Source: Octopus sinensis (Eukaryota). Taken from it: DNA of 64,000 nt. Positions 13,958-27,017 of this stretch are shown one piece after another; the stretch's first letter is position 1; each line of letters starts with the position of its first letter. The notes beneath the pieces were generated by a model that was not told the DNA's origin, ran no database searches, and saw only the letters and a list, made by a program, of their open reading frames with translations. The position numbers were made by a program, and so were the translations under genes. The stretch is from contig NC_043000.1 in the NCBI RefSeq assembly GCF_006345805.1, positions 163,990,001 through 164,054,000 on the forward strand, read 5' to 3'.

Positions 13958-14072
13958 AACTGACAGCTGTTTCGGCCATGCAGATAGGTATGTCTCATTA
14001 ACCTATATTAGCCATATATTGCAGGTATAGATGCGACATTAACAAAATTATCTTACGGCCTCTTCGGAGATT
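13958..14072 (-). ncRNA. Minimal type I hammerhead-like motif with CCGAAGA core and a 79-nt insert in stem II
   Basis: Minus strand reads AATCT-CCGAAGA-GGCC-[79 nt]-GGCC-GAAAC-AGCT-GTC-AGTT. Stem III is palindromic (ACAGCTGT) and the triplet is GUC. Confidence 0.6.
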
Positions 14073-15402
14073 CTAATGTAAATATGAGTACATACCCAAA
14101 AATCATTTACATATAAACATAAATATGAGTGCATATATACTCATATCCTTATATATATACACATATACACATACATAATAATATAAATAATATAAATCAA
14201 TATATATCAATAAACATAATAATCTTCTATATTGAATGTTACAGTTCCTCAATCAATATTAAGACATTACAACAGATATATTCATACTTAATGCAGACAT
14301 ATATAGTAAACAGTTCATTATATTAATTTGTGTTACTTTACAAAAAGTCAATAATGCTAATACCAACACCGTTGTCAATAACGATAATGTTATCAATATC
14401 AATATTCTTACTACTAACAACATCATTACTAATCAAACAATACATATATCTCACAATTAACAACATAGTAGCAACACTGAAGACCAATAAATACCACCAT
14501 AGTATTATACAAGGCAAATAGATATCTGCATATATATGCAATCAGTCAAATTCTTCCGTTTGCATGGTATTAATTTCCACAGATGCATTCGATTGGCCTA
14601 TACTTTTAAATTTGAATTACAATAGATATTTTACGGTTAGTTAGCTAGGAAACATACACACGTGCACGCACATCCACAAACGTGCGCACATACCGACATA
14701 GTCACATGTTTACACACACACACACACACATACCCACATACACAACCAAATCATAAGTAGCATAAGAGGTACTATCCCACTTATACACACATATAAATGT
14801 TTACAAATAGATCCACTCACATATGTCCATAAATCCGTAAATTCAATCATACATATAATTATACCTAGATGGAGAATGTAATTTATCATAAGGTACATAA
14901 TTAAAATAACACCGTATTTTTCGTAAACAAAATATCTTAGAACTAAAAATGTCTATATCATTACCACTATGTTTCTATTCAAATATTTACTAAATTATAA
15001 AATACAAAATACCCGTTTATGTTTGTCTATCAAAAGACGTAAAAATACATATATACTAAGTTAACAGAGGTTTATATTAATTAAATTATAAGAAATTAAT
15101 TGTAAAAAGTCAAAATACGCTAATATTCTAAGATATATAATCAAAATAACACCTTATAACTTATACAGATAACATCACATCGTAAGAAGTCTAATATTGT
15201 TACATTACCATTATATTCCTATTTAATCTCTCACCAACAAACTATGAGAATTATACTCACATCTACACATCCATATGTATACTCCTGTGTAACAACAAAC
15301 ATATATACTTTCACATTTGGTGGTAGAGTATAGCATAAAGCTCGTAGTATTATACGTACTTCCAAGTTTGCGTTTGGGCTCCTGTCGTGTATGAATAGAT
15401 AA

Positions 15403-15766
15403 TTGAAAACTTGGAGTCAACAAGAAAGAGTACGGTTGAGCATTTATTTTCAATCACTACTGTTGTTTCTACGCAACGTAGTTCTCCAGTCGTACAGGTA
15501 CTTGATTATGCAACCGTTTCCCTGTATTATGAGATCTAGTTGTGTTTCCTCGATATTCTTAATTGTTTAAAATGTTTCAGCTTCAAAGCTGTGACTATTC
15601 TAGGGCATAAATATTGTCTCCGTAATTTCAACTAGATCTCGTAATGCAGGAGAACGGTTACATAATCAAGTATCTGTACACCTGGAGAACTATGTTGCGT
15701 AGAAATATTTGTAGTGATTGAAAATAAATGTCCAACCGTACTCCTTGTTGACACCAATTTTTTCAA
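15403..15766. mobile_element. Foldback/MITE-like inverted-repeat element, arms about 140 bp
   Basis: 15403-15542 is the reverse complement of 15629-15766 at high identity by eye. The spacer is about 86 bp. Confidence 0.85.
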
Positions 15767-16032
15767 ATATATATATACGTAAATGTCAAACGATGATGAT
15801 AAGTGCTCAACACCGAATTGATGGATATATTTTCTTTACTTGTGAATTACGGCTACCATTTGTTTCATGTTAATAAATGTGGAAAAATATCCTAGTGCCT
15901 TAACAATTTTTCAGGTCAATCAGATGGAGAAAGGCGTTTGCCACCAGTTTGGAAAACAGTCTCGTTTAGTTCACGGGGGTTCTCGTAAATTAACGTGAAT
16001 AAAACAATGAATCAATGAATCAAGCTCCGTTA

Positions 16033-16195
16033 CTCTTGGATGGAATCTATTGGATGTTTGTTTCTCTTGGATGGAATCTATTGGATGTTTGTTTCTCTTG
16101 GATGGAATCTATTGGATGTTTGTTTCTCTTGGATGGAATCTATTGGATGTTTGTTTCTCTTGGATGGAATCTATTGGATGTTTGTTTCTCTTGGA
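16033..16195. repeat. 31-bp minisatellite, about 5 copies (CTCTTGGATGGAATCTATTGGATGTTTGTTT)
   Basis: Direct head-to-tail units with no spacers. Confidence 0.95.
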
Positions 16196-16518
16196 TTTTT
16201 CTTTTGGGCAAACTTTTTGTGTTGTCAGTTTGCTTGCAATATTTTGTTTTTGTTCTGAGCATGGTGTTTTTAAACTTCTGTGCTCAGGTTGTTCGTTAAT
16301 GGGGCATATTTCTTCTTTGTGTGGAGTTTGTGTGTTCACGATTAGGAAAAGTGTTTCTCTGGTCTTACCGTCGCAGATGGCGGTTCTTCTTTGAAATATT
16401 TGAGTGCAAAATATTGGTTGTGTATGCAAGGAGAGAAAGTCTCATCTCTAACGTATTTTAATATATATATATAAGATAAAAATTACTTTGAAATGGATGC
16501 GTGGCGTTCAATCATATA

Positions 16519-16549
<31 letters not shown>

Positions 16550-16553
16550 TATA

Positions 16554-16625
<72 letters not shown>

Positions 16626-16714
16626 ATTATGTATGTATGTATGTATGTATGCATGTATTTATGCATGTATGTATATATATATATATATATGCATATATAC
16701 ATATATATACATAC

Positions 16715-16747
<33 letters not shown>

Positions 16748-17217
16748 TGTATATGTATATACACATGCGTATATGCGCTCAAGATGTCTCCGAACGTAAA
16801 CAACTTGAAATATGAAATACGAAAACATGGAATATGAACAACGAAAGAAACAAAGGGAAAACAAGACAAGCAACATAAAGGACAACCCTTCATCAATTGT
16901 CGGTTGTTTTTCTACTTCTGCGGAGGATCAACGTTACTAACAAAAACAAGACAATGAAAACAGACAGGAAGGTCTGCTAAGCCTAAACGAGGTAAGTTGG
17001 TGTACGCTAGTGGAACAAGCTTTGGCAAGAGAAGAACAAGAATGCGTCCTTTCCCTGCAGCTGATGAGAAGGAAGGAAAGAAACTCAAGTTAAAAGAAGA
17101 AAGATGTCCGATGGTCACATGCGAGCAACGAGAGAGCAAAGGAGGAAGAGTGAGGGAGAAAGAGGGAGGGAGATACAGAACGGCGAAGGGGAGAGGAAAA
17201 GAATTAGAGAAATGATG

Positions 17218-17513
17218 AGAGGGAGAAAAAACGAAAGGGGGAGAAAGGAAGATAAAAAGAATGAGAGAAAGGAAGAGAGAGGAAACGAAAGAGAATAGAA
17301 CAAGTGTCGCATCAAAATTATTAAGATAAAGCTTACTTAGAAATGGTTGCATGGTGTTCAATCATATAATGTTTTAGCATCCATTTCCAAGTAAGTTTTA
17401 TCTTAATAATTTTGAATCGACACTTGTCCTATACTATTCTCTTTCGTTTCCTCTCTCTTCCTTTCTCTGATTCTTTTTATCTCCCCTCCTCACCTTTCGT
17501 GTTTTTTCTCTCT
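17218..17513. repeat. Imperfect inverted repeat (arms about 135 bp) at the 3' side of the Penelope-like relic
   Basis: 17218-17350 matches the reverse complement of 17377-17513. A partial third copy lies at 16471-16520. Confidence 0.85.
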
Positions 17514-17539
17514 AAACGTGCAAATAACTATCACCATTC

Positions 17540-18830
17540 TTCCCCCAGAAAACTTAACTTTAATGCCCAAAAATTCGACACTAGTTTTTTGGGAAAACTA
17601 GACGTGAATTTTATGTTTTTAGCATAACAGTCATGGAAATGCAAGAAGTCAATTAAACTATCCTGTGATCCTTCCCTGGTCATGCTTCATCAGTGAAGCA
17701 TAACCAGAGTATTGGTTCATGACCATTTAGGGATTTAAATGCCTTCAGTAATTGTGTTCCAAATTTCGTCATGAAGACATTAGCGAATTGACTGCCATGG
17801 GGGTACCCATGGCGCAACCCCTCGACTGCTGGTAAAATTTTTGTCTAGACTTCATTGTCTTACTTTTCAACACAAACCTCAACAACCTAGAGGAGATTAA
17901 ATGGAACACTTTTGTTTGACCATTTTCCGAAGGCATTCACGCATGCTTCTACTCCTTCATCGTAGTCAATATTAGGATATAAGAAGGAAACATCAATGAT
18001 TACTAAAAAATCAATTATCGATATTGCTTAAAAAGTTGCTGATTTTAGACACAGTATCAAAAGTATCCCGAATATAGGAACTTGATCTTTTTATGACAAG
18101 GAGTAGAAAGCCGTGTACCCACTCCGAAATTTTGACTGTACAACATTCATATCCGCTGCAAACTGGGCGCATTGGAGGAAATCTTTCGAAGATTTTGTGT
18201 ATTTTGGGAAAACCATAAAACACAGATGTTCTTTTTTCTGACCGAAAAGTCCTGGATTCAGCCTTATTGATGAAATTGTTTTCCTCCATTTCCAGAATTA
18301 TTTTGTCTCTATAATTGGGGTTTGGATCGACAGGTAATTCTTCATATTAAGTTTTGTCTCTTAAAGTCAAAATATACTCACTCTTGTCCATAATTACAAT
18401 AGCGCCTCCCTTATCCGCCATTTTAATAACAATAGAATCATTATTCTTTTCTACTCTAGGCACAAGGCCCGAAATTTGGGGGGAGAGGAGCCAGTCGATT
18501 AGTTCGACCCCATTACGCAACTGGTACTTAATTTATCGATCCCGAAAGGATGAAAGGCAAAGTCGACCTCTGCGGAATTTGAACTCATAACGGAAAGACA
18601 AACGAAATATCGCTAGGCATTTTGCTCGGCGTGCTAACGTTTCTGCCAGCTCGCCGCCTAAATAGAATCCTTATTAGCTAGAAGACGGAGCGCGTGACGC
18701 GGGAAATTCATGAGGTTATTCCAGGGCTTCTTTCCGCTTGTTTCAAGGTCTTCTCTAATGCCTGTAAAACCTTGATGACGACTTTGCCCCTGCTGCTATA
18801 CCGTGTTAAAATTCTACATAAGAATGGCGG
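17540..18830 (-). pseudogene. Penelope-like element (PLE) reverse transcriptase relic
   Basis: Minus-strand translation gives NLMNFPRHALRLLANKDSIVIKMADKGGAIVIMDK, FYGFPKIHK..PPMRPVCSG, SYIRDT, LVIIDVSFLYPNI, QQSRGCAMGTPMAVNFANVFM, LWLCFTDE and NIKFT..NFLGIKV. These match characteristic PLE RT motifs. No GIY-YIG domain was found. Confidence 0.9.
18446..18660 (-). mobile_element. Family 1 SINE inserted in the PLE RT, with a 15-bp target-site duplication
   Basis: AATAGAATCATTATT (18431-18445) and AATAGAATCCTTATT (18661-18675) flank it. Removing the SINE restores ANKDSIVIKMADKG. Confidence 0.92.
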
Positions 18831-18897
18831 ACTTATGCTATAATGTGATCTTTGAATACATTAATAAAGTTCTACCGAAACAGCTTCCTTCTTTCTT

Positions 18898-18932
<35 letters not shown>

Positions 18933-19484
18933 CTCCCCTCTTCTCTCTTTCCCTCACTCCGTCTTTCCCTCTCTCTCCTTTCCTCTCTTTTTCTCTCTTC
19001 CTCATCCCATCACTCTCTTTCTCTCCCCTTCTCTCTCTCTCTCTCTCTCGAAGAAATTGACTATGGGTAGACCTTTAGTGGGACAGGCTCCGTCACATTC
19101 CGTATGTCACAACGACGCACCACCGATTCCATCAAGGAGTTGAATCCCCAAGACAAGGCAAAGCAAAATAAAGAACCATAATGTACTAGGATCAAGTTAA
19201 TCGATTAATCTCTTACCACAAATTTGAGATGATCTGTCGATGTTGGAAACCAAAATTGCGCGCTAAATAAACTTGAAAGAAAAGTAAAAAATATTGTGGA
19301 ATAAATCATTGACAATAAACATAAATACTTTCTCATTCGAACCTTAATCTCTGTATCTGCGGCTCTTCCTCTTCTCAGCTACACATTATTGCATTTCTTA
19401 TAGACACTAATCTAAGTTCTCTTATCCTAATCTTCTTCTTTATCTGTCTACAGAAGTTTACAAGTGAATATTGCAATATTTATT

Positions 19485-19897
19485 TCTTTATTGCCCACAA
19501 GGGGCTAAACACAGAGGGGACAAACAAGGACAGACAAAGGGATTAAGTCGATTACATCGACCCCAGTGATTAACTTGTACTTATTTAATCGACTCCGAAA
19601 GGATGAAAGGCAAAGTCGACCTTGGCGAAATTTGAACTCAGAGCGTAGCGGCAGACGAAATACCTATTTCTTTACTACCCACAAGGGGCTAAACATAGAG
19701 TGGACAAACAAGGACAGACAAACGGATTAAGTCGATTATATTGACCCCAGTGCGTAATTGGTACTTAATTTATCGACCCCGAAAGGATGAAAAGCAAAGT
19801 CGACCTCGGCGGAATTTGAACTCAGAACGTAACGGCAGACGAAATACCGCTTGGCATTTCGCCCGGCGTGCTAACGCTTCTGCGAGCTCGCCGCCTT
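19485..19897 (-). mobile_element. Family 1 SINE dimer (head plus headless tandem unit)
   Basis: Two GAGGGGACAAACAAGGACAGAC units joined at GACGAAATACCTATTTCTTTACTACCC. Confidence 0.9.
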
Positions 19898-20429
19898 TGA
19901 ATATTGCAATATTGATTAGCTTAGTCTACTACAGAGGGCATGAGCCAACCTGCTTCAGATGGCAACTAAATCTCTCTTAAGTTTCACCCTAATATCTTAT
20001 CAAAAGAGAGGATACGCGGCTGAAAATAAATAAAAATGGGATAACACCGGATTCGCTGCCTTTAGTCTAAACAACTGCAATCACATCGACCTCATTTAGT
20101 CAGAACTCCGTCAACCTCGTGCCATATATATATATATATACAATATAATTCATTCACGTTTGTATCTTAGGAAGGGGAGACAAAGACAGAAATGAAAGTA
20201 AATAACTAAGGGAAGTAATTAAGTGGTTGTAGATAAGAATTATATCCCTTGCATAAAACTAACTTTTGAACTTGATTTCAAAAATACTAAGGGCAATATT
20301 TTTTTTTAAGACACCACTTATTGCCAAGTTAAGTTCCATACCCCAAAAAATACTGAGTGAATGAAGTATAAGACTACCAGTATAAGATTATAATTGTTTC
20401 GTATCCTACTGAAGGAATCTTATTAAAAC

Positions 20430-20800
20430 CGTTTTTCGTTGCTTCCGTTTAAGCTCTCCTTCTGAGAGCTCAAAATCTCTCGTGGAAGCGCCATCCAACC
20501 AAAATGCAAATATATGGGAAACTACCACCTGTGTCATCTCTTGTGAAAGGTAGGAGAGTCCAGTTTGCTGGACATTGTTGTAGAGCTGAAAAAGAAGTAA
20601 TTTCTACTCTTCTCCTCTGGAAGCCATCTACTCGCAATACCAGAGGGCGCACACTCTCCTACCCTGATGTAATCTCCAAGGATACAGGCATCCAGCAACA
20701 GGACCTCCGTAATGCTATGATGGACCGTGAAGTCTGGCGTAACATAGTAAATTCCATTGTCTCGACCACGGTCGAACAATGATGATGAATGATGATGACG
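20430..20800 (+). mobile_element. 5'-truncated RTE-X-like LINE 3' end
   Basis: ORF 20504-20782 (IYGKLPPVSSLVKGRRVQFAGHCCRAEKE..LLWKP..RGR..DREVWR) followed by a (TGA)n tail. Confidence 0.8.
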
Positions 20801-21029
20801 AAAGAAATACCAGAATCAGGGTAAAGATAGCTGCGATGTAAAAAAAAAACTTTTAAAAAGGGAGATTCTGATCTTGTCTTTGAAACAATATCCTTTGGGA
20901 ACCGTGTGGCTCATAAAGGAATCTTCTTTTAGTGTTCCCATTAAGTGTTGAATAAAACTGTTACCTCTACAAATAACCTTGTTTCTTTAACTGAAAGTTA
21001 TCTTTACCATTTAGTGATGGTTATATCTT

Positions 21030-21789
<760 letters not shown>

Positions 21790-21790
<1 letters not shown>

Positions 21791-22020
21791 TGATTTATAT
21801 CCCTTGCATGAAACGGACGACGACGTGCTCGAGTACGGTCCCAGCATCCATCGCCGTAGGTAGGTTGCCAACTCTCGTTTTTAACTTGCCTGCGGTGTTG
21901 CGCAAAGCGGCGCCAGCCTCTCTCCCTTATAATGGTGAAAGCATATAGGAGATCTCCATATTGCTGTTTCTTGGTGGAAGGAGTTCTTTGAGATATGTTT
22001 AACATTCAGGTGTAAGTTCC
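21790..22020 (-). pseudogene. Decayed RTE-X-like LINE C-terminal fragment
   Basis: LNISQRTPSTKKQQYGDL..IIRERGWRRFAQHRR..WQPTYG..RARRRP parallels the C-terminus at 20504-20782. Confidence 0.6.
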
Positions 22021-23126
22021 ATCTAGCCTGGATTCCAATTTTTTAGTAAGCGTCCAGGGCGAAACATTTCCTTCCAATGCCATTTTAAAGATCGAAACAG
22101 AATCCCAAGAATCGTAGACTAAAGTTCTATTTTGTCAAATAATTAGTTTTCTGATTCAAATTTTTTCACAATCGATAATACTATTTGACATCAGGCCACA
22201 AATGCTATGGAAAGAATGGATCGATAAACATCATTTCAGTATGGAACTGGTACTTATTATGTTTACTATATTTGAAGAGATACGATAACTTAAGGTGCAT
22301 CAGTACGGTGCCTTGACGAGCAAGAAATAGCGACCAAATATCACTCAAATCACGCCATGCCAGCTGGAACGACTGGTTACAAGAGGAACAACTTTGAATC
22401 ATTGGTCTGCTCGATCTGGAACAATGACTTGCGGGTTAAACAATAGCAACCGCCAAAAGATGGTCGGCAAAGTCAACCCCAGCCAACGGAGGATGTAAAA
22501 GAAGCTATCTAAATATAAATAGATCTTTAGACGAGCGAACGAGAGATTTGCTACTTACTCCACCGACCTTTTAGAGATAGTAGCGAAATCTCTTTCACAT
22601 TACTCTCTGGTGTCTTACATAAGGAAAACACACATTACATAACATAGTCCTACGTACTCCTAAAAGGAGATGGTCACGGTTGGAATGCCCTTAATTGTAT
22701 ATCTTTCGACCAGGCAGACCTGGGGCTAAACAACACCTACCGTTTTTACTATCTCTTTTAAGGATTAAAATTTACATTTTTGTCTTTTTTTTGTCATTGT
22801 TCTAATTAAACACTACTTGTCAATGTTTCAAAAGAGAACAGTTTTATGGTTTTCGATACAGCATTGAGTATGTTGGAATGAGATACGTCTTTCCCTTACG
22901 TCTTTAGGATCTGGTGGCGCATACTTATAGCTTACTCTATGATATTGTACATGCATGTAGTGACCCAAGTACCTGTATTTATTTACAAGTATTCAATAGA
23001 ATATTTGCTAAATAAACGCATGCTCAAAATCAAACTATGATCAAACGGCAAATACAATACTATTCTTCACAAGAAACGCAGTCGATATTTGGAGTCGCTT
23101 TGGCTATTGTAATATAAATGTAACAT

Positions 23127-23930
23127 CAAGGCGGCGAACTGGCAGAAACGTTAGTACGCCGGACGAAATGCTTAGCAGTATTTCGTCTACTGCTACGTTC
23201 TGAATTCAAATTCCGCCGAGATCGACTTTGCCTATCATCCTTTCGGGGTTGATAAATTAAGTACCAGTTGCGTACTGGGGTCGATCTAATAGACTGGTCC
23301 CCCTCCCCCAAAATTTTGGGCCTTGTGTCTAGAGTAGAAAAGAATATAGTTGGATGTGCGCGGCGAGCTGGCAGAATCGTTAGCACGCCGGGTGAAATGC
23401 TTACCAGTTACACGCTGGGGTCGATGTAATCGACTTAATCCGTTTGTCTGCCCTTGTTTGTCCCCTCTGTGTTTTGACTCTTGTGGGTAGTAAAGAAATA
23501 GGTATTTCTCCTGTGTTTAAGTTTAAAGGCGGTGAGCTGACAGAAACGTTAGCATGCCGGGCGAAATGCTTTGCGGTATTTCGTCTGCCGCTACGTTCTG
23601 AGTTTAAATTCCGCCGAGGTCGACTTTGCCTTTCATCCTTTCGGGGTCGATTAAATAAGTACCAGTTACGCACTGGGGTCGATATAATCGGCTTAATCTG
23701 TTTGTCTGTCCTTGTTTGTCCTGTCTGTGTTTAGCCCCTTGTGGGTAGTAAAGAAATAGGTATTTCGTCTGCCGCTACATTCTGAGTTCAAATTCCGCCG
23801 AGGTCGACTTTGCCTTTCACCCTTTCGGGGTCGATAAATTAGGTACCAGTCAAGTACCGGGGTCGATCTAATCGGCTGGCTCCCCTCCCCCAAAATTTTG
23901 AGCCTTGTGCCTAGAATAGAAAAGAATTTT
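23127..23930 (+). mobile_element. Cluster of family 1 SINE copies and multimers
   Basis: Heads GGCGGCGA(A/G)CTGGCAGAAACGTTAG near 23130, 23360 and 23527. Headless unit junction near 23755. Confidence 0.9.
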
Positions 23931-25399
23931 GCAAATGTTTTCGCAGAGTTTTTCTCGGAAGTATTTTAAGTATACAATTAATTTTATTCACAAATTTATG
24001 ACGAGTAACTGTCTGAAACAATAGAGGAAGTGGACCCAGATTTGTACCAGTGAGGATTTCACTCTACAGCCAATCTAATCGTTGTATAATTCATAAGATA
24101 TAATTCAACCATATCGATTTCGGTCCCACGAGTGATATCGTCAGTATGTTAAGTCCTCATCGAAAACATAATACCTAATACTTCAAGCCAGGGGGAAATG
24201 TTAGGAAACTAGAGGGCTAGAAGTATCTGCAAAACTAGAAGTAAACTTTCGAACAATAAATATTCAGGAAAAATCTTGGATTAATAAATTATCTAAAGAC
24301 ATTTTTGTTATTTTTGTTGTTGTTGGTGTTTAACTTTTGTTTCTCGGGGGTTTTTAAAGATTTTTTAAAAACTGGATGAAAAGTGTTACTAATAATAATG
24401 ACTGCAGCATAACACGTACATAAATCAGTTAATAACCCTAACCCTAACTCTAACCACCTAAGATAGATAGTAGATGTTTAGCAAGGGTGTCGAATTCAAT
24501 GACATCAGACTCTAAAAATCATATTTTCATCCCCAACGAAGAACGTTTTCGTACATTCTTTGATGATCGGATTACCGAGAATAAAACAATATTTTGTATT
24601 TGTATTTTGTTAAATCACTGTTCCAATGTCAATCTGTAAAAAAAATACCATCGAACGAAATGTAAAATATAGATCAAAAGAATTCTTGAATCAAATCAGT
24701 TCTCTGATATGAATCTCATTCAATATGTTTTGCCATATTAAGGAGAAATAAATTAAGACGAATTCTCTTAAAAGGCAAACTTATTCATTTAATGGCACAA
24801 AGTTCATATCTCAGTATTACGCTTCATGAAAAAGTGAATGTTTGATATCTAAGTCATAATTATTTTAGCACAACTATTACCTATGCTGGGATCTCGCACA
24901 GAATTTTAAAAGCTATTTCACACAATAAAAGCTATAACAAATGAAATTTGATAATAAAAAGAATATGATATAGTACCGTAAATATGATGCTGTAACGTTC
25001 CATATAAATTTGTGTGTACATTGCAGATTGCGAGACATATTTCAGACATTCGCTATGAAGTATGAAGTCTTTTCATATCACAATTCCGAACTGAAAACCA
25101 AAGTTTTTAAGGGAGATAAATCATGTGAATATCAAAGAGAGAGTACTTGGAAGAGTTTAAAACTTAAACAGTGAAGGCAAAATATTAGGTGTAATAGAAT
25201 GTCACAAAGAGGAGAAACATCTCCTGATCCAAGAGAAGCCCTTCATCCGTGTAAATGACCGTAATGAATTGTTAGACCTTGGAAGAAACAGGGAGGAAGA
25301 AGAGTCTCTGTTGTGTACGTTACTCAACTGATTTTTACTGGTAGGGACCACCATTAATCCCCTGGGAATTTGGTGATTTAGTCCTGAAATTCATCTTTT

Positions 25400-25620
25400 T
25401 TCTTTTATTTGTTTCAGTCATTGGATTGAGGAGCATCGCCTTGAAGGGTTTTTAGTCGAATGAGACAACACTAATACCTTTTTTTTTTAAAGCCAGATAC
25501 TTATTTTATCAGTTTCTTTGGCCGTTCTGCTAAATTACGGGGTGGTTGTAAATAAACCAGCACCGGTTGTCAATCGGTGAGAAGGAGACAAAGATAAACA
25601 CACACACACACACGCACACA

Positions 25621-25681
<61 letters not shown>

Positions 25682-25835
25682 CGGACTTCTTTCAGTTTCC
25701 GTCCACAAAATCCACTCAAACGACTTTGGTCTGTCCAGGGCTGTTGTAAAAGAAACTTGTCCGAGGTGCAACGCAGGTGAACTGAACCCGGAACCATGTG
25801 GATGGGGAGCTAACTTTTTAGCACACAGCTACGAC
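25400..25835. mobile_element. Family 2 SINE/composite repeat with internal (CA)n
   Basis: ACGGACTTCTTTCAGTTTCCGTC..GAACCCGGAACCATGTGG, homologous to 21660-21790 and 63865-64000. Confidence 0.75.
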
Positions 25836-25859
25836 TGCACTTATGAAACTATGTTGATG

Positions 25860-25930
25860 TTCCTTACCGGGAAACGAACCCGAGACTCCAGAGTGAAAGC
25901 TAGGAACCCTAACCACTAAACCACATGGAA
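25860..25930 (-). tRNA. tRNA-Glu(UUC) pseudogene
   Basis: Minus strand reads TTCCATGTGGTTTAGTGGTTAGGGTTCCTAGCTTTCACTCTGGAGTCTCGGGTTCGTTTCCCGGTAAGGAA. A- and B-boxes and the TTC anticodon are present, but the acceptor and anticodon stems carry mismatches. Confidence 0.75.
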
Positions 25931-26251
25931 ACGCTAAATACATATTTCTCCTCACCTCAATTTTTGCCATATTGTTTTTGTTTTTGTTTTTTAATACCGA
26001 ATTAATTTGTACCTGGGTTTACATTACATCGTAACAGAATGCCTTAAGGAGAAGAATAACTTCATGATTGAAGAGGAGGCTGGGACTATCGGATTAACGA
26101 CAATTATAAATAATTAGGTCTCGGCGGAAACAGAAATCTTAGCACTGACTCGATCCAGACTTTTCCTTCTTTTATTATTATTACTACTTCCCTTTCCCCA
26201 GTATTTCAGGCCTTGTGCCTATAGTAGAAAGGATCATCATTATTATTATTA

Positions 26252-26597
26252 TCTCTCTATATATAAACGGCAAAATGTCTGTGTGTGTGTGTCCTTTATA
26301 CAAATCCACAGTTTTTCAGTTAGAGGGCTCGCACTTTCTATGGTCATTCAAAACCGTCCAAGGGTGGGCGTGCACATCTTTACATTTCCCCAGTCACCCA
26401 ACAAAGTCATTAAAAAATCAATAGAAGTGACTTTTCTGTGAATTTTCTATCCAAATCCCAATCAAAATGCCCGAAACTTGATACGCCAATTGAATGCCAG
26501 CTAGCTGTATGTGATTGGTCGGAGATTTGGACAGTACTTGCGTGTATGTGCGCACGCATGCAGCTGTATATGCATGCACTAGCACTATGACCCGGCA
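26252..26597 (+). mobile_element. Non-autonomous Helitron-like element with its 3' terminus lost
   Basis: Begins A|TCTCTCTATATATAAAC..ATGTCTGTGTG. Ends CACTAGCACTATGACCCGGCA, identical to the subterminal sequence of the Helitron at 62759-63864, and is cut by the 555-bp element. Confidence 0.75.
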
Positions 26598-26599
26598 TT

Positions 26600-26938
26600 G
26601 AGTGAGAGAGCAGGCAGAGTAACCCATCCCGCTCAAAAGGCCTCTGAGTAAGGGATGTTTAAGGATGTTGAACGAAACACCCATGTTTCCAAAGAGGATT
26701 ATCTAAACTCCAAAGAATTCCTCTCAACACATGGTTATGATGCTCCCCCCACCAATATTTCTGCTCATGATCAGAGATGCACATATCACAGCCACCAAGG
26801 GACATGATCAACTGGTTATGGTCAAACAAATGACAAGCAACTCTGTGGAATGAAACAGAATATTTACTGTAAGCTATCTTTATACCAAGACAAAACAATG
26901 TACATGATAACACTTCCAGTCAGTTAAGCTCAAAAGCC
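26600..26938 (-). mobile_element. Internally deleted, diverged copy of the 555-bp (AAT) element
   Basis: Keeps the GAGTGAGAGAGCAG terminus, then jumps to GTAACCCATCCCGCTCAAAAGG. Confidence 0.8.
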
Positions 26939-26991
<53 letters not shown>

Positions 26992-27017
26992 TATTATTAT
27001 TATTATTATTATTATTA

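Noticed and set aside
16033-16195. 31-bp repeats that resemble a CRISPR array in length
   Set aside because: The units are directly adjacent with no unique spacers, the context is eukaryotic, and there are no cas genes. This is a minisatellite.
17055-17095. CTGATGA..GAAAC-TCAA-GTT on the plus strand
   Set aside because: The intervening purine run cannot form stem II and there is no stem I.
24435-24460. TAACCC telomere-like repeats
   Set aside because: Only 2-3 imperfect units, not distinguishable from chance or a transposon-internal motif.
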